This document shows positions 1 to 9,917 of a DNA stretch of 64,000 nucleotides, piece after piece (within the stretch, counting starts at the first letter, position 1; each line of letters opens with the position of its first letter). A program made the translations under genes and the position numbers. The DNA comes from Candidatus Tayloriibacteriota bacterium. GTDB taxonomy: Bacteria > Patescibacteriota > Minisyncoccia > Phycocordibacterales > CAIRYW01. The notes beneath the pieces were generated by a model. That model did not search any database. It had not been told where the DNA came from and saw only the letters and a program-made list of their open reading frames with translations. The stretch lies in the NCBI GenBank assembly GCA_029288615.1, contig JARIGV010000003.1, positions 1,068-65,067 on the forward strand, given 5' to 3'.

Positions 1-1
1 A

Positions 2-631
2 GAAGCAAAGATCATCACATATCTCGACTCTGACATTCACGCTTCAGGACACGGAAACCGCGATGAGCTTAAGTGGATTCACAACCAGATCAACTACAAA
101 TTCTTTATCCCTCTTCACGGTAACCACTACATGCTCCGCCAACATGCTGAAATGGCTGAAAGTCTTGGTAAGGTTCCTAAAGAAAATATCGTGGTGCCTG
201 ACAATGGTTCTATTATCGAGATTTCTGCCGATGGTAAAAGCATTAATGTCCTCAAAGAAAAAGCTCCGTCAGCACCAGCTATGGTGGATGGATTCGCTGT
301 GGGAGACATGCAGGAAGTGGTGATCCGCGACCGACAGCTTCTTGCACAGGATGGAATGTTCGTCATCATTGCATCAGTCAATTCTCAAACAGGAAAACTC
401 AAAAAATCTCCTGATATTATTTCTCGAGGTTTTGTCTATCTTCGAGAGAATCAGGAGCTTCTTCGACAAGCGCGCATCATCATCAAGAAAACAATTGAAG
501 ATAATGCTCAAGGACAGCATCCAATCAACTTCGAATATCTAAAGACTGTTGTGACAGACCAGGTCGCGCGTTTCCTCTTCCAGAAAACTGCAAAAAGACC
601 AATCGTTATTCCGGTACTTCTTGGAGTCTAA
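2..631 (+). CDS. rnj: Ribonuclease J, C-terminal part (gene starts before the window)
   Basis: Frame from nt 2 reads IHASGHG...PLHG, and ends with PDIISRGFVY and KRPIVIPV, typical of RNase J. Confidence 0.95.
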   Translation, partial: EAKIITYLDSDIHASGHGNRDELKWIHNQINYKFFIPLHGNHYMLRQHAEMAESLGKVPKENIVVPDNGSIIEISADGKSINVLKEKAPSAPAMVDGFAVGDMQEVVIRDRQLLAQDGMFVIIASVNSQTGKLKKSPDIISRGFVYLRENQELLRQARIIIKKTIEDNAQGQHPINFEYLKTVVTDQVARFLFQKTAKRPIVIPVLLGV

Positions 632-639
632 TAAAATCC

Positions 640-680
640 AAAAAATGCCGCGCCTCTAAAAGAGGCGCGGCATTTTTTTT
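640..680 (+). terminator. Intrinsic terminator after rnj
   Basis: AAAAAATGCCGCGCCTCT-AAA-AGAGGCGCGGCATTTTTTTT. Confidence 0.9.
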
Positions 681-706
681 GACAATTTCCTAAAAAACAC
701 TATCAT
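679..706 (+). promoter_or_regulatory. Sigma70-type promoter for the 716 orphan gene
   Basis: TTGACA-N16-TATCAT; the -35 overlaps the T-tract of the rnj terminator. Confidence 0.6.
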
Positions 707-715
707 TCTCCGTTA

Positions 716-1006
716 ATGAATAGTTCTTCACCATCTCAAGTAGCACAAAAGACCTCTCAAAAGAAGTGGGAAAGCCCATTACCCGTCCTCGCGGGCGCGT
801 TTATTATGGCTTTCGGTCCTCTGGGCATATCCTTTTGCGTCGGTTACATTACGCACCCTGAGGAAAAATATAAGGTCCTCTGGACCATTGTAATTTTTTT
901 CCTCATACCACTCTTTTTCGCGTGGTTTATTAGGATGAGTTATTCGCCGAAAGGATCACCCGACTTCGAGGCATCTCCGCTCAAAGAAGAACCTTCGGGT
1001 CGCTAA
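716..1006 (+). CDS. Small orphan membrane protein (2 TM)
   Basis: 96-aa ORF with two hydrophobic segments, own promoter and a downstream hairpin. Confidence 0.6.
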   Translation: MNSSSPSQVAQKTSQKKWESPLPVLAGAFIMAFGPLGISFCVGYITHPEEKYKVLWTIVIFFLIPLFFAWFIRMSYSPKGSPDFEASPLKEEPSGR

Positions 1007-1030
1007 TTGGCCCAAATAGTCTGCATCACC

Positions 1031-1060
1031 ATCCGCCTCACAGCGGGTAATTTTTTTATA
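1031..1060 (+). terminator. Short hairpin with AT tail (recurrent type)
   Basis: ATCCGC-CTCACA-GCGGGT-AATTTTTTTATA. Confidence 0.6.
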
Positions 1061-1114
1061 AAAGTTTTCTCAATTTTTTGCATTTTTTTATACTGGACAT
1101 GATAAAATTATTTC

Positions 1115-2299
1115 ATGTACACATTACTACGAAAATCAAAATTCCGTCCTGGAAAATATCGTCACATTTTTGTCGCCGCACTTTTCCTCTCTTTTCATTA
1201 TTATCTTGTTACCTACATCAACTCCACATTCCTCAAAGGCATTGTGAGTGAAAATATCATCGGACTTCTCTACGCGATCGGTTCTACGATCACCATCGCA
1301 GTATTTCTTACTATCGCTCCAGCAATTAAAAAATGGGGTCTCTATCGATTTGTTTTCACGCTTTCTCTCGTTGAGATCGCCGCGCTTCTTACCTTAGCTC
1401 TTTCCCACTCGCCTCTTCTTATTCTTTTGGCTTTTATCGTCCACGACGCCAACAATCCAGTCCTTCTCGCTTCTCTTGATGTTTATCTCGAAGATAATTC
1501 AGACATTTCACAGATCGGCAGACTCCGCGGTACATTTCTTACCATTCTTTCTGTTGCTGCTGTTATTTCACCGCTTGCGATTGGCTCTCTCGTCGATGAT
1601 GGAACTTTCACGCCAATCTACATGTTCTCAGCCTTCTTCGCATTCCTTTTTCTTCTTTCTGTCATTCTTAATTTCAAACGTCATGCTGATGGTGAGTTTC
1701 GTGAAATCAAAGTATTCAAAGAGCTTCGAGAATTTTGGAAAGATAAAAACATCAGACATATCGGCATGTGCTCTGCCATCCTACAATTTTTCTATTCATG
1801 GCTTGTTATCTACGTGCCAATTTATCTTGCCTTCAATATGGGATTCTCATGGGCAAATACTGCTCTCATCATAAGCATTTCACTCATTCCTTTTCTTCTT
1901 TTTGAAATCCCTGTTGGACAAAGTGCTGATGGAAATGGAAGTGAAAAACACCTCATCTCTTTAGGTTTCTTTCTTATGACAGTAGCACTCATTCTTTTCT
2001 CGTTCATACCAGCAGGATCTTTTTATGCATGGGCAGCGATTCTGTTTCTAGCACGAAGTGGTGCAAGTATTGTTGAACCAGCAAGTGATAGCTATTTCTT
2101 TAAAAAGAGCAAAGGTCGCGACGAACTTATCGGCATTTATCGCATCGCGAGCCCTGGTGCTTTCGTCGTTGGCTCTGTCTTTGGAAGCATACTTCTCACA
2201 TTTATCCCTCTAGGAAATATTTTCCCAATCCTTGCATCGGTCACCTTTTCAGGTTTTCTTATTTCAAAACTTTTAAAAAATAATACGGTTTCGCTTTAG
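1115..2299 (+). CDS. MFS transporter
   Basis: 394 aa, about 12 hydrophobic segments in two halves. Confidence 0.8.
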   Translation: MYTLLRKSKFRPGKYRHIFVAALFLSFHYYLVTYINSTFLKGIVSENIIGLLYAIGSTITIAVFLTIAPAIKKWGLYRFVFTLSLVEIAALLTLALSHSPLLILLAFIVHDANNPVLLASLDVYLEDNSDISQIGRLRGTFLTILSVAAVISPLAIGSLVDDGTFTPIYMFSAFFAFLFLLSVILNFKRHADGEFREIKVFKELREFWKDKNIRHIGMCSAILQFFYSWLVIYVPIYLAFNMGFSWANTALIISISLIPFLLFEIPVGQSADGNGSEKHLISLGFFLMTVALILFSFIPAGSFYAWAAILFLARSGASIVEPASDSYFFKKSKGRDELIGIYRIASPGAFVVGSVFGSILLTFIPLGNIFPILASVTFSGFLISKLLKNNTVSL

Positions 2300-3165
2300 C
2301 CAGTATTTTCTTTGAGACATGCATTGAATGTGTTTGTCTCGTTATTATATCGTGCAATAACATCCTGCATCTGCGACACAAGAGAGTTGTAGGAATTTAC
2401 GAGAGAATTGTAGGATGCGGCGAGAGAATTGTATGTTTGCTTATCAGTTGTCGCATCTATTTTTGCTTTAAGCGTATCAAGCTCACTTTTCATTGAAAGA
2501 ATTTGTTTTGTGCCATTTGCCGCTTCTGTCGCTAATGTCGAATCTGGTTTATCACAGAGACTTCCTGGTGTGCCAAATTCTTGAACAGCGACCCATTCGT
2601 TCTGACCATTGTAAGATCCATACACAACTGCAACACCGATCTCTTTATAATGGCTTCCTAAGATATTTGCGCGGTGTCCAGGGCTTGCCATCCATGCAGC
2701 CACAAGGTCTGCATCATCTTTAAATCCACCGAGTGCTAGATTCTCGCCGATCGAAAGATAATCATAGCCAACACTTTGTGCGAGTTCTGCAGGACCAACT
2801 CCACTAGGTGAAACATGAGCAAAATATCCTTTGGCAAGAATATCCATGGCCTTTTTTTCTGCAGATAAACTAAGCTTTGCATTAAGCGAAAGATCACCAA
2901 GACTCTCCTTTTCTCTTTCTTTGTTTGTAAGCATCACCACACCACTTACAGTAAGGGCGCTGTTTTTATTCGCAGGGCTTCCTGTCGCAACAAGAGGTTC
3001 TGGAAGTGACACTTTGGGTGCAGTACTTGTACTTGAATTCTCTGATGCAATCTGGATTCCGGTCTCTGCCTGGAACGAAGAAATATCCTCAGCGATCTGA
3101 TCCCTAAAATAATAAACGACCGCTGTGGCAAGAATAAGAAGCACGAGCGATCGTATGAATTTCAT
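2296..3165 (-). CDS. CAP (SCP-like) domain protein with N-terminal anchor and C-terminal coiled coil
   Basis: YFAHVSP, GENLA, AWMASPGHRANIL and VQEFG motifs. Confidence 0.9.
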   Translation of the reverse strand: MKFIRSLVLLILATAVVYYFRDQIAEDISSFQAETGIQIASENSSTSTAPKVSLPEPLVATGSPANKNSALTVSGVVMLTNKEREKESLGDLSLNAKLSLSAEKKAMDILAKGYFAHVSPSGVGPAELAQSVGYDYLSIGENLALGGFKDDADLVAAWMASPGHRANILGSHYKEIGVAVVYGSYNGQNEWVAVQEFGTPGSLCDKPDSTLATEAANGTKQILSMKSELDTLKAKIDATTDKQTYNSLAASYNSLVNSYNSLVSQMQDVIARYNNETNTFNACLKENTG

Positions 3166-3174
3166 AGAAGAATA

Positions 3175-3552
3175 TTATTTCTTTGAGGCCTTCTTTGGAG
3201 TTTTCTTTATTTTCTTTTCAGTAGTTACAATATGCTTTTTGATATTCTTCCAGTGTGCAAGCATTTCTTTTTTTACCGCATTGATAGCAGGAGCATGATC
3301 TTCAGCGACTTCATGATATTTCTCAGTCACTTTCTCAACGATATCCTTGTATGCATCGGCATCTAGATTCTTAATCTTCTTTGCGCGTGCAACAACCTCT
3401 CTTTTTGCTTTTACTGCGACATCAGCAATTTTCTTTCCTGTTTTCTTTCCTTCGTCAGTTGCGAAAAAATAATACGCCGCTGCTGCTGCCGCTCCCGCAA
3501 GAACAGCTGGTCCTACATTCGATCCGTGCTTCTGTTTCTTTGATGCTTTCAT
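3175..3552 (-). CDS. Basic hypothetical protein, YtxH-like (N-terminal hydrophobic helix)
   Basis: GAAAAAAYYFF segment followed by a Lys-rich helical region. Confidence 0.6.
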   Translation of the reverse strand: MKASKKQKHGSNVGPAVLAGAAAAAAYYFFATDEGKKTGKKIADVAVKAKREVVARAKKIKNLDADAYKDIVEKVTEKYHEVAEDHAPAINAVKKEMLAHWKNIKKHIVTTEKKIKKTPKKASKK

Positions 3553-3570
3553 GTTATTTAAATAAAATTA

Positions 3571-3849
3571 TTAATCTTCCTTTCTCTTTCTTCTCACAGC
3601 TTTTTGCGCCAAAAAAGAGAAAATGAGAGCAAGCATACTATTGCTTTTCTCTTTGAGAGCCATTCGTGTTTCTCTCACATCACTTAAAATTTCCTGACCC
3701 TCTTCCTTTGCTTTTTCTACCAGAACTTTAAGGTCGCGAAAGATCTTGATGCCATAAATAAGCGCTACTGCAGCAAGGATTGTAACCACAACAACACAGA
3801 TTGTTGTGACAAAAAAGAAAATATCTGATTTGAGAAGTGAATTTTCCAT
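3571..3849 (-). CDS. Small membrane protein (single TM plus coiled coil, DUF948-like)
   Basis: 92-aa ORF in operon position with one long TM. Confidence 0.6.
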   Translation of the reverse strand: MENSLLKSDIFFFVTTICVVVVTILAAVALIYGIKIFRDLKVLVEKAKEEGQEILSDVRETRMALKEKSNSMLALIFSFLAQKAVRRKRKED

Positions 3850-3862
3850 AACTTAAGTATAC

Positions 3863-4357
3863 CTAATTGTTAACATCGACGGAAGAACTGTCTCGAAAAA
3901 AGATCGGCACTTTAATCATTGGCACATTACCAAGTCCTGATGGGTCATCTTTTGTAAGAACAATAAATCCTCTATTATCTGTCGTATCTTGCCATGTAAT
4001 ATCTGCGGAGAAATCGATCATACCTGGCACTGTCCAATCAGTTGCTGCATGTGCTTGCCCTTGACCTAACACCACTCCATCTTCATCAATAACTTCCACC
4101 GGAAATGTTGCCTCGAAAAACCAATTATTTTTTGCCTTTCCTGTGACATGTACTGGATTTGAAATCGTTGAGAGTGGAATAGGGGTTGCGACGCTAATTG
4201 TCTTCGCTACTTTGCTTTCAATACCACCACTTGCAATGGCCACAGATGTCCCTGCGACGATTCCATCCGCTGTCTTCCAGATACCTAAGGATGCAAGACC
4301 GGCGCAAAGCGCGATGATTGCGAGATATATATAATCTTTTGTAGTTTCTTTGGGCAT
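3863..4357 (-). CDS. Gmad2 immunoglobulin-like domain protein
   Basis: V.G.A...WFFEATFPV.V.D..G...G and DDPSGL motifs, N-terminal TM. Confidence 0.8.
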   Translation of the reverse strand: MPKETTKDYIYLAIIALCAGLASLGIWKTADGIVAGTSVAIASGGIESKVAKTISVATPIPLSTISNPVHVTGKAKNNWFFEATFPVEVIDEDGVVLGQGQAHAATDWTVPGMIDFSADITWQDTTDNRGFIVLTKDDPSGLGNVPMIKVPIFFRDSSSVDVNN

Positions 4358-4366
4358 ATATGTATT

Positions 4367-4729
4367 TTACATTTTTCTTTCAAACATAGCATTCAAAGTG
4401 ACAAAGACAATACCGAGGATAAGTGTCCCACTTAGATCCGTGATCGATATATAAGAAGAATTTCCGAATGAAATGTTTGATAAAAGAACAGCCTGAATGA
4501 TTGCGGCAAAAAGAAACACAAGCCCATTGAGATGTAAAACCGTATTTCCTTTCGTTGGTTTTATAAAGGCTGTGAGAAGAAAGCTAATTCCACTCAACGC
4601 AAAAAGCAGTGTTTCAAAGCCGCTTTGCAAAGCTATACCATACACCCCAACAAAGGGGTTCTCTGTAAGAGACGCTACAGCAATACCAAGTGTGACAAGG
4701 CCAAAAGCTATAAGTGTATTTCTATGCAT
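4367..4729 (-). CDS. Hypothetical 4-TM membrane protein
   Basis: 120-aa hydrophobic ORF tightly packed in the operon. Confidence 0.6.
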   Translation of the reverse strand: MHRNTLIAFGLVTLGIAVASLTENPFVGVYGIALQSGFETLLFALSGISFLLTAFIKPTKGNTVLHLNGLVFLFAAIIQAVLLSNISFGNSSYISITDLSGTLILGIVFVTLNAMFERKM

Positions 4730-4736
4730 GAGCTAA

Positions 4737-5465
4737 TTATTGGAGTACAAAGGAAGCTTTGACAGTCACCATGATGTCTTTGTTCACACTTTGTGTGTCG
4801 TATGATCCATAGTCTGATACATCGACAGAATTTGGTGCTGTTACTTGTACCACTCCAGATGACGCTGACTTAAGCGCACCTACCTTTTTGCCAGAACTTT
4901 CCGCAAGCTTCTCTGCTCTTGCCTTTGCATCTTTGATCGCATCCGAAAGAAGTGATACTCGAAGGTCAGGAAGTTTTGAATAATAGTATTCGAGACTATT
5001 TGTAGAAATGAGCACGCCTTTTCCAGCAAGTGATGCTGCCCCATTTGCAGTTGCAGTCACTTGATCTGTACTGCTTGATGAAAGAGAAATATTTTGAACA
5101 AGATTATATTGCTTCTCAGAATTATAATTTTGATTGTTGTAGCTGTAGTCTTCATTCATGAAAACTGGTGAGATTGTATAGTCGTTTTTTGAAAACCCTT
5201 GTGAGGTCATATACACATCAACAGCGGCAGCATCTTTTGCAATCGCTCCATATCCGTCTTTTAGCGTACTCGCCTTTACCGTGCGAGTAATAGAAGCATT
5301 CCATTTTGCCATATCAGCAACAACAGAAGTTTTTGCAGAGCCAGTCACTGTGACATTGTTATCAAATGATCGGATCTTGTAGAAAGTAATCGCACCGATA
5401 ATAGTCGAGAGAATGAGTGCTGCTCCGACAATAAGTGATGGAAAAATAAAGCGGGTGTCGTTCAT
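4737..5465 (-). CDS. SIMPL (DUF541) domain protein
   Basis: VTVTGSA...V.AD.A.W and A..DAKARAEKLA motifs; start taken at ATG 5465. Confidence 0.85.
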   Translation of the reverse strand: MNDTRFIFPSLIVGAALILSTIIGAITFYKIRSFDNNVTVTGSAKTSVVADMAKWNASITRTVKASTLKDGYGAIAKDAAAVDVYMTSQGFSKNDYTISPVFMNEDYSYNNQNYNSEKQYNLVQNISLSSSSTDQVTATANGAASLAGKGVLISTNSLEYYYSKLPDLRVSLLSDAIKDAKARAEKLAESSGKKVGALKSASSGVVQVTAPNSVDVSDYGSYDTQSVNKDIMVTVKASFVLQ

Positions 5466-5466
5466 G

Positions 5467-6000
5467 TTATGAATTATACTTCTCTTTAATTTTAGCAACA
5501 ATCTCCTCCACTACTTCCTCCAATTTTTTATCACCCGTATTAATAGTTAAATCAAAAGAATTTCCATTTTCAAGATCGGTAATGTTGTAGTAATTTGCAA
5601 ATCGTTCGTAAATGGCATCTTCTCGAGCTCGTGTTTCGCGACGAACTTGCTCGACATCTTTCCCTTCTCTTAATGCTATACGTTCTGTACGAAGATTAAA
5701 ATCACAGATAAATCTGATCTTAAAAGAATCTGGAATAAAGTGCCATGCAAGCCGAGCCTCCACAACAAAGTTGTCATTATTTTTCCCAAATTCTTCTGTG
5801 ATTTTATCTCTTTCTCTGTCGTACTTATCATCTGTCTTTGAGAGCTGCTCAAGTTCATCGATTGTCATACCAAATTTTGCCGCAGTCTCTCTCGCAAAAT
5901 TGCCCGCTGAATAAAATTTATAGCCAAGTTTTTCTGCCACTGCTTTTCCTGCACTTGTCTTTCCTGTTCCTGCCATTCCGAAAATAGTTATTTTTGCCAT
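5467..6000 (-). CDS. cmk: Cytidylate kinase, archaeal-type
   Basis: ITIFGMAGTGKT P-loop, SAGNFARE, VVEARLAWH, DLTINT. Confidence 0.8.
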   Translation of the reverse strand: MAKITIFGMAGTGKTSAGKAVAEKLGYKFYSAGNFARETAAKFGMTIDELEQLSKTDDKYDRERDKITEEFGKNNDNFVVEARLAWHFIPDSFKIRFICDFNLRTERIALREGKDVEQVRRETRAREDAIYERFANYYNITDLENGNSFDLTINTGDKKLEEVVEEIVAKIKEKYNS

Positions 6001-6023
6001 ATGAATATTTTACAACTTTAATC

Positions 6024-7787
6024 TTATTTTATGAATCCCTTGTACTGATGATTCCAGAAATTAAAATAAATTCCCTTAAGCGCAAGAAGCGTCTTGTGGT
6101 CTCCTTCCTCCACAATTTGGCCTTTCTCCATCACAATAATACGGTCCATCTTCTCGATCGTTGAAAGCCTGTGCGCAATGACAATAGTTGTTTTTCCATG
6201 CATGAGAGCTGTAAGAGCTTCTTTAATGTGAGTTTCAGAAACACTATCGAGTGCGCTCGTCGCTTCATCGAGAATAAGAATTGGCGCATTTTTAAGAATT
6301 GCGCGAGCGATCGCAACACGCTGTCTTTCTCCACCAGAAAGCTTCACGCCACGCTCACCCACCAGTGTCTCATATCCATGTGAAAGGTTTTCAATGAATT
6401 CATGTGCATGCGCTTGTTTTGCAGCTTCTATAATTTCCTCTTCTGTCGCATCAGGTTTTCCGTAGGCAATATTTTCGCGAAGGGTTCGATGAAAAAGAAT
6501 TGGATCCTGTGGCACATAAGAAATAGTCGAACGAAGATCGTCTTGTGTGATCTTTCGAATGTCTTGTCCATCGATTGTAATCGCACCTCCTGTTACATCA
6601 GCAAAACGAAGAAGAAGTTTTGTAATGGTCGTCTTTCCCGCACCAGATGTACCCACAACACCGATCTTTTCTCCCGGTGCGACATAGAGATTAAAATCTG
6701 TAAGCACTTCTTTGCTATTTTTATAAGAGAAACCAACATGATCAAAAACAATCTCTCCAGCTTTTATTTTTAATGTCTCTGGATGTCTCGGATCGGTAAT
6801 CTCAATGTCTTTCTCGATGATATGAGCAAAGTCTGTAGCATTGGTGTATGCATCGCTAAATTGTCTAAATGAACGGCCAAGTCCGCTCAAACGATTAAAA
6901 AGCGTGTTGCTGTAAGACATCACAAGCACAATGGTACCTGCTGTTGTCATACCCTTGCTCCAGAGAAAAATACTTACAAAAACAAGAGAGCTTTGTGCAA
7001 GAAGTGTGATGGCACCGTTTATTGAGAAAGAGTTATTGGCAACAGTCCATGAGCGTGATCGGGCCACTCTTTCTTCTTCAAGTACTTCATCAAAATATTT
7101 TCCTTCTCTTGTTTTTGAAGAAAATAATTTTAGATTAAGAATATTTGTAATGACATCAGAAAGCACACCGGTAGTTCGTGCTTCTTTTTCTCCTCGTTCT
7201 CGTTCAAGTGGGATTCGTTTTTTTGTCCTGACGAGAATTGCGTACGCAAGGAGAACAAACCACCCAAAAGCGACAAAGCCAAGCGTTGCAGATGTTCTAA
7301 ATAACACAAAAAGAATACCAAGAATGTTGATGACAGCATAGAGAAAATCCTCAAAGAAAAGCGCAGACATTGTTTCAAACGCAGAAGAGAACCTTCGCGC
7401 TTTCGTTACAAGTGATCCTGCAAAATTGTCTGTGAAAAATTGATATGAATGCCGCGACAGATGATTGAGTGCATAGGATGCAATTCTTGCTTCTCCTTTC
7501 GAGGTTGCCGTCGATTCAATATATTCGTATGTACGTGAAAAGAAATACTGAAGCACGTTCACTCCAAGCAAAAGATAGAAAAAGTAATAGATACGGGAAT
7601 AATTCTCCGGCGAAGCCAAAGAATCAATAATGCCTTTGTAGTAGAGCGGCGAAAGAATACCGCCAAAGAAAGCCCCCAAGCTGTAGAAAATACCAGCGAT
7701 AAGAAACATCCAGATGGATTTACCCAAAGCAGCTTTGTAGTGCACCCAAATACTTTTTTGGGTTGTTTTTTCTTGTTCTCGAGCCAT
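6024..7787 (-). CDS. ABC exporter, fused permease and ATPase
   Basis: N-terminal TMD, GTSGAGKT, LSGGERQR, ILDEATSALD. Confidence 0.95.
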   Translation of the reverse strand: MAREQEKTTQKSIWVHYKAALGKSIWMFLIAGIFYSLGAFFGGILSPLYYKGIIDSLASPENYSRIYYFFYLLLGVNVLQYFFSRTYEYIESTATSKGEARIASYALNHLSRHSYQFFTDNFAGSLVTKARRFSSAFETMSALFFEDFLYAVINILGILFVLFRTSATLGFVAFGWFVLLAYAILVRTKKRIPLERERGEKEARTTGVLSDVITNILNLKLFSSKTREGKYFDEVLEEERVARSRSWTVANNSFSINGAITLLAQSSLVFVSIFLWSKGMTTAGTIVLVMSYSNTLFNRLSGLGRSFRQFSDAYTNATDFAHIIEKDIEITDPRHPETLKIKAGEIVFDHVGFSYKNSKEVLTDFNLYVAPGEKIGVVGTSGAGKTTITKLLLRFADVTGGAITIDGQDIRKITQDDLRSTISYVPQDPILFHRTLRENIAYGKPDATEEEIIEAAKQAHAHEFIENLSHGYETLVGERGVKLSGGERQRVAIARAILKNAPILILDEATSALDSVSETHIKEALTALMHGKTTIVIAHRLSTIEKMDRIIVMEKGQIVEEGDHKTLLALKGIYFNFWNHQYKGFIK

Positions 7788-7817
7788 AAGTGGCTCTATT
7801 TTAGCATAGTCGAGCTT

Positions 7818-8783
7818 TTAAGAAATGAGCTTCTTAAACTCCTCTACCATTGGTACTTCATTGCTTTCTGCACCGTAGACTGCCGCCGTGTAAAAAGCCG
7901 TCCAATCAGCAAGGATAAGTGAATTGAAAATCTTTTCTGCAAATGTGCTTCCTGAAAGCGAAAGTGAAATTGTTTTTATGCCGCGATCCTCGTAGAGTCT
8001 TTCTGTTGTATCCATTCTCTTTTTGATTTGAGAATGGTCATCGTTATCATGAATAAAGATCACAATGAAATTTTTCGAAAGCTCTGCACTATGCACTGTG
8101 ACATCAAAACCAGTCATCTCATTGTGATTGAGTTCGGGGAAAACATTGTAGAAAGCAGGAATCTTTCCTGTTTCGTTGAATTTTATTTTCCAGTTGTATG
8201 CCACTCCAAAGTTTTTTCTCGACGTATAAATGATTGGTACATTCCCTTTTATATGCTCCGCCAATTCCTTTCCTTGCTTCTCAAGATTTGAAGACTCAAT
8301 ATTTCCTTTAAGATTTTCGATCTCAGAAAGAAGCTTTTCATCTTTGAGAAGATGCGCAAGAGCAACCACAGAAAATCCAAGGGCAGACCTTGGCTGAATC
8401 TTTGTATCAGGAATTTGAATGTAAGGAAGTTTTTTCTCTTTTGCTGTTTCAAGAAGTTTGCCACCAACAGAAATAACTACGCAGTTTAGTTTCTTCTCAA
8501 GCGCTTCAGTTAGCCCCGCTACTACTTCCTCAGTATTTCCTGAATATGAACTTGCGATTACCAATGAGTCTTTGAGAAATTCATCAGACACTTTCGGCAG
8601 ACCATAGTCTTCAAAAATTGTAATATCAAGTTCAGGTGAAATATTTTTTGCCACATCTGCAGCCAAATGTGACCCTCCCATACCAAGAAGCAAAATATGC
8701 TTAAAAGATTTGAGATTTTCCTTATTAACTATTTCCGGTACAAAATCGAACTGCTTACCAAAATTTTTTATCGCTTCATCCAT
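7818..8783 (-). CDS. Bifunctional phosphoglucose/phosphomannose isomerase (SIS domain)
   Basis: GMGGS, SYSGNTEE, QPRSA, WKIKFNETGK, PELNHNE. Confidence 0.92.
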   Translation of the reverse strand: MDEAIKNFGKQFDFVPEIVNKENLKSFKHILLLGMGGSHLAADVAKNISPELDITIFEDYGLPKVSDEFLKDSLVIASSYSGNTEEVVAGLTEALEKKLNCVVISVGGKLLETAKEKKLPYIQIPDTKIQPRSALGFSVVALAHLLKDEKLLSEIENLKGNIESSNLEKQGKELAEHIKGNVPIIYTSRKNFGVAYNWKIKFNETGKIPAFYNVFPELNHNEMTGFDVTVHSAELSKNFIVIFIHDNDDHSQIKKRMDTTERLYEDRGIKTISLSLSGSTFAEKIFNSLILADWTAFYTAAVYGAESNEVPMVEEFKKLIS

Positions 8784-8796
8784 AGTTTTATTTTAC

Positions 8797-9438
8797 TCAA
8801 TTATTATTGCTCATAAGTATAGCTCTTGCAGGTGCTCCATCTATACCACTAAATTTAAGTGGCACACATGAAAGAAAATACTCACCTTCAGACACATCTT
8901 TAAGATTTAATCCTTCGACAATTGGGATTTTTTTTGAAAGAAGCGCGATGTGAGGTCTGTTATCCTTGCTTCCTCGCTGCTTCACGGAAATATAATCAAT
9001 TCCAAAAAGCGCTACACCAATTTCTGCTAAGTATTCTGCCCCATCACCTGACAGATATATGTAATCGGGTCGAAAGCTCTCAAAGCCCATATTACTATTC
9101 TTTGTCTTTGCCAAAACCCTTTCGCCTTTCTGAATATTTTTGCTTTCAAGTGAAGCCCTTGTTATCTCGACGTTCTCAAAGTCAAAATCCAACACACGGC
9201 ATGGCCCGACGAATGCTTCGAGCGGAAATACATCAATTTCACCTGCTCCTTCTATTGCATGCATCGGCGCATCGATATGTGTTCCTGAATGCGAACCCAT
9301 TGTGATTTTTGAAAGATGACTTGAATCGTCCGGGAGGTGTGCGTGATTTTCAATTGTTACGGGCACATTGCCTGGATAGACAATAGTGTCGTTTGTAAGC
9401 GGAAGTGATATATCTATAATCTTAGTTATTTTTTCCAT
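8797..9438 (-). CDS. Cyclase-family (KynB-like) metal-dependent hydrolase
   Basis: HSGTHIDAPMH, GIDYIS, VEGL, DGAPARA. Confidence 0.92.
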   Translation of the reverse strand: MEKITKIIDISLPLTNDTIVYPGNVPVTIENHAHLPDDSSHLSKITMGSHSGTHIDAPMHAIEGAGEIDVFPLEAFVGPCRVLDFDFENVEITRASLESKNIQKGERVLAKTKNSNMGFESFRPDYIYLSGDGAEYLAEIGVALFGIDYISVKQRGSKDNRPHIALLSKKIPIVEGLNLKDVSEGEYFLSCVPLKFSGIDGAPARAILMSNNN

Positions 9439-9859
9439 AAATTCTTTTTAGAATTTCTGCTTGAACATTACCTTCTTTCTCGAGCACAGAAATTGCTTCA
9501 GCGATTTCAAACCAATGCACTTCATCAAGGAGTTCGTCATCCATTGGAGTTTTTTCACATTCACCCACTTTCCGTACTAAAAAATAGCATGTGGTTTTGT
9601 TAATTTCTGTTTCGTCCGCCCTTTTAAAAGTAAAAATCATACCACCAAGATACTTCTCAATTTCTACAAGAAGCCCGAGCTCCTCACGAGCCCCTCTTTT
9701 AACAGCTTCTTCAAGTGTTTCATTGAGAGAAATTGTTTCCGAAGGGACTGTATATTTTTTCTGCTTTTTATGTATAAGAATAACTTTTGAATCATCCTTA
9801 ACGACGATTCCAACGGAAAGATGGTATGGGTTTTCCTTTGTTCCGATAATTTCTGCCAT
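9422..9859 (-). CDS. NUDIX-fold protein with a degenerate Nudix box
   Basis: ETLEEAVKRGAREELG resembles GX5EX7REUXEEXGU. Confidence 0.75.
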   Translation of the reverse strand: MAEIIGTKENPYHLSVGIVVKDDSKVILIHKKQKKYTVPSETISLNETLEEAVKRGAREELGLLVEIEKYLGGMIFTFKRADETEINKTTCYFLVRKVGECEKTPMDDELLDEVHWFEIAEAISVLEKEGNVQAEILKRIYGKNN

Positions 9860-9917
9860 ATTTCTATTCTATCAGAAAGTTCACCCGGGAAACGAAATAC
9901 GCTATAGTGAGTGCCTT

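Noticed and set aside
9591..9917. N-terminal extension of the HAD ORF (likewise the extended starts at 38930, 39854, 48595, 25438 and 58190)
   Set aside because: The extensions overlap neighbouring genes or promoters, and family motifs or signal peptides begin at the internal ATGs.
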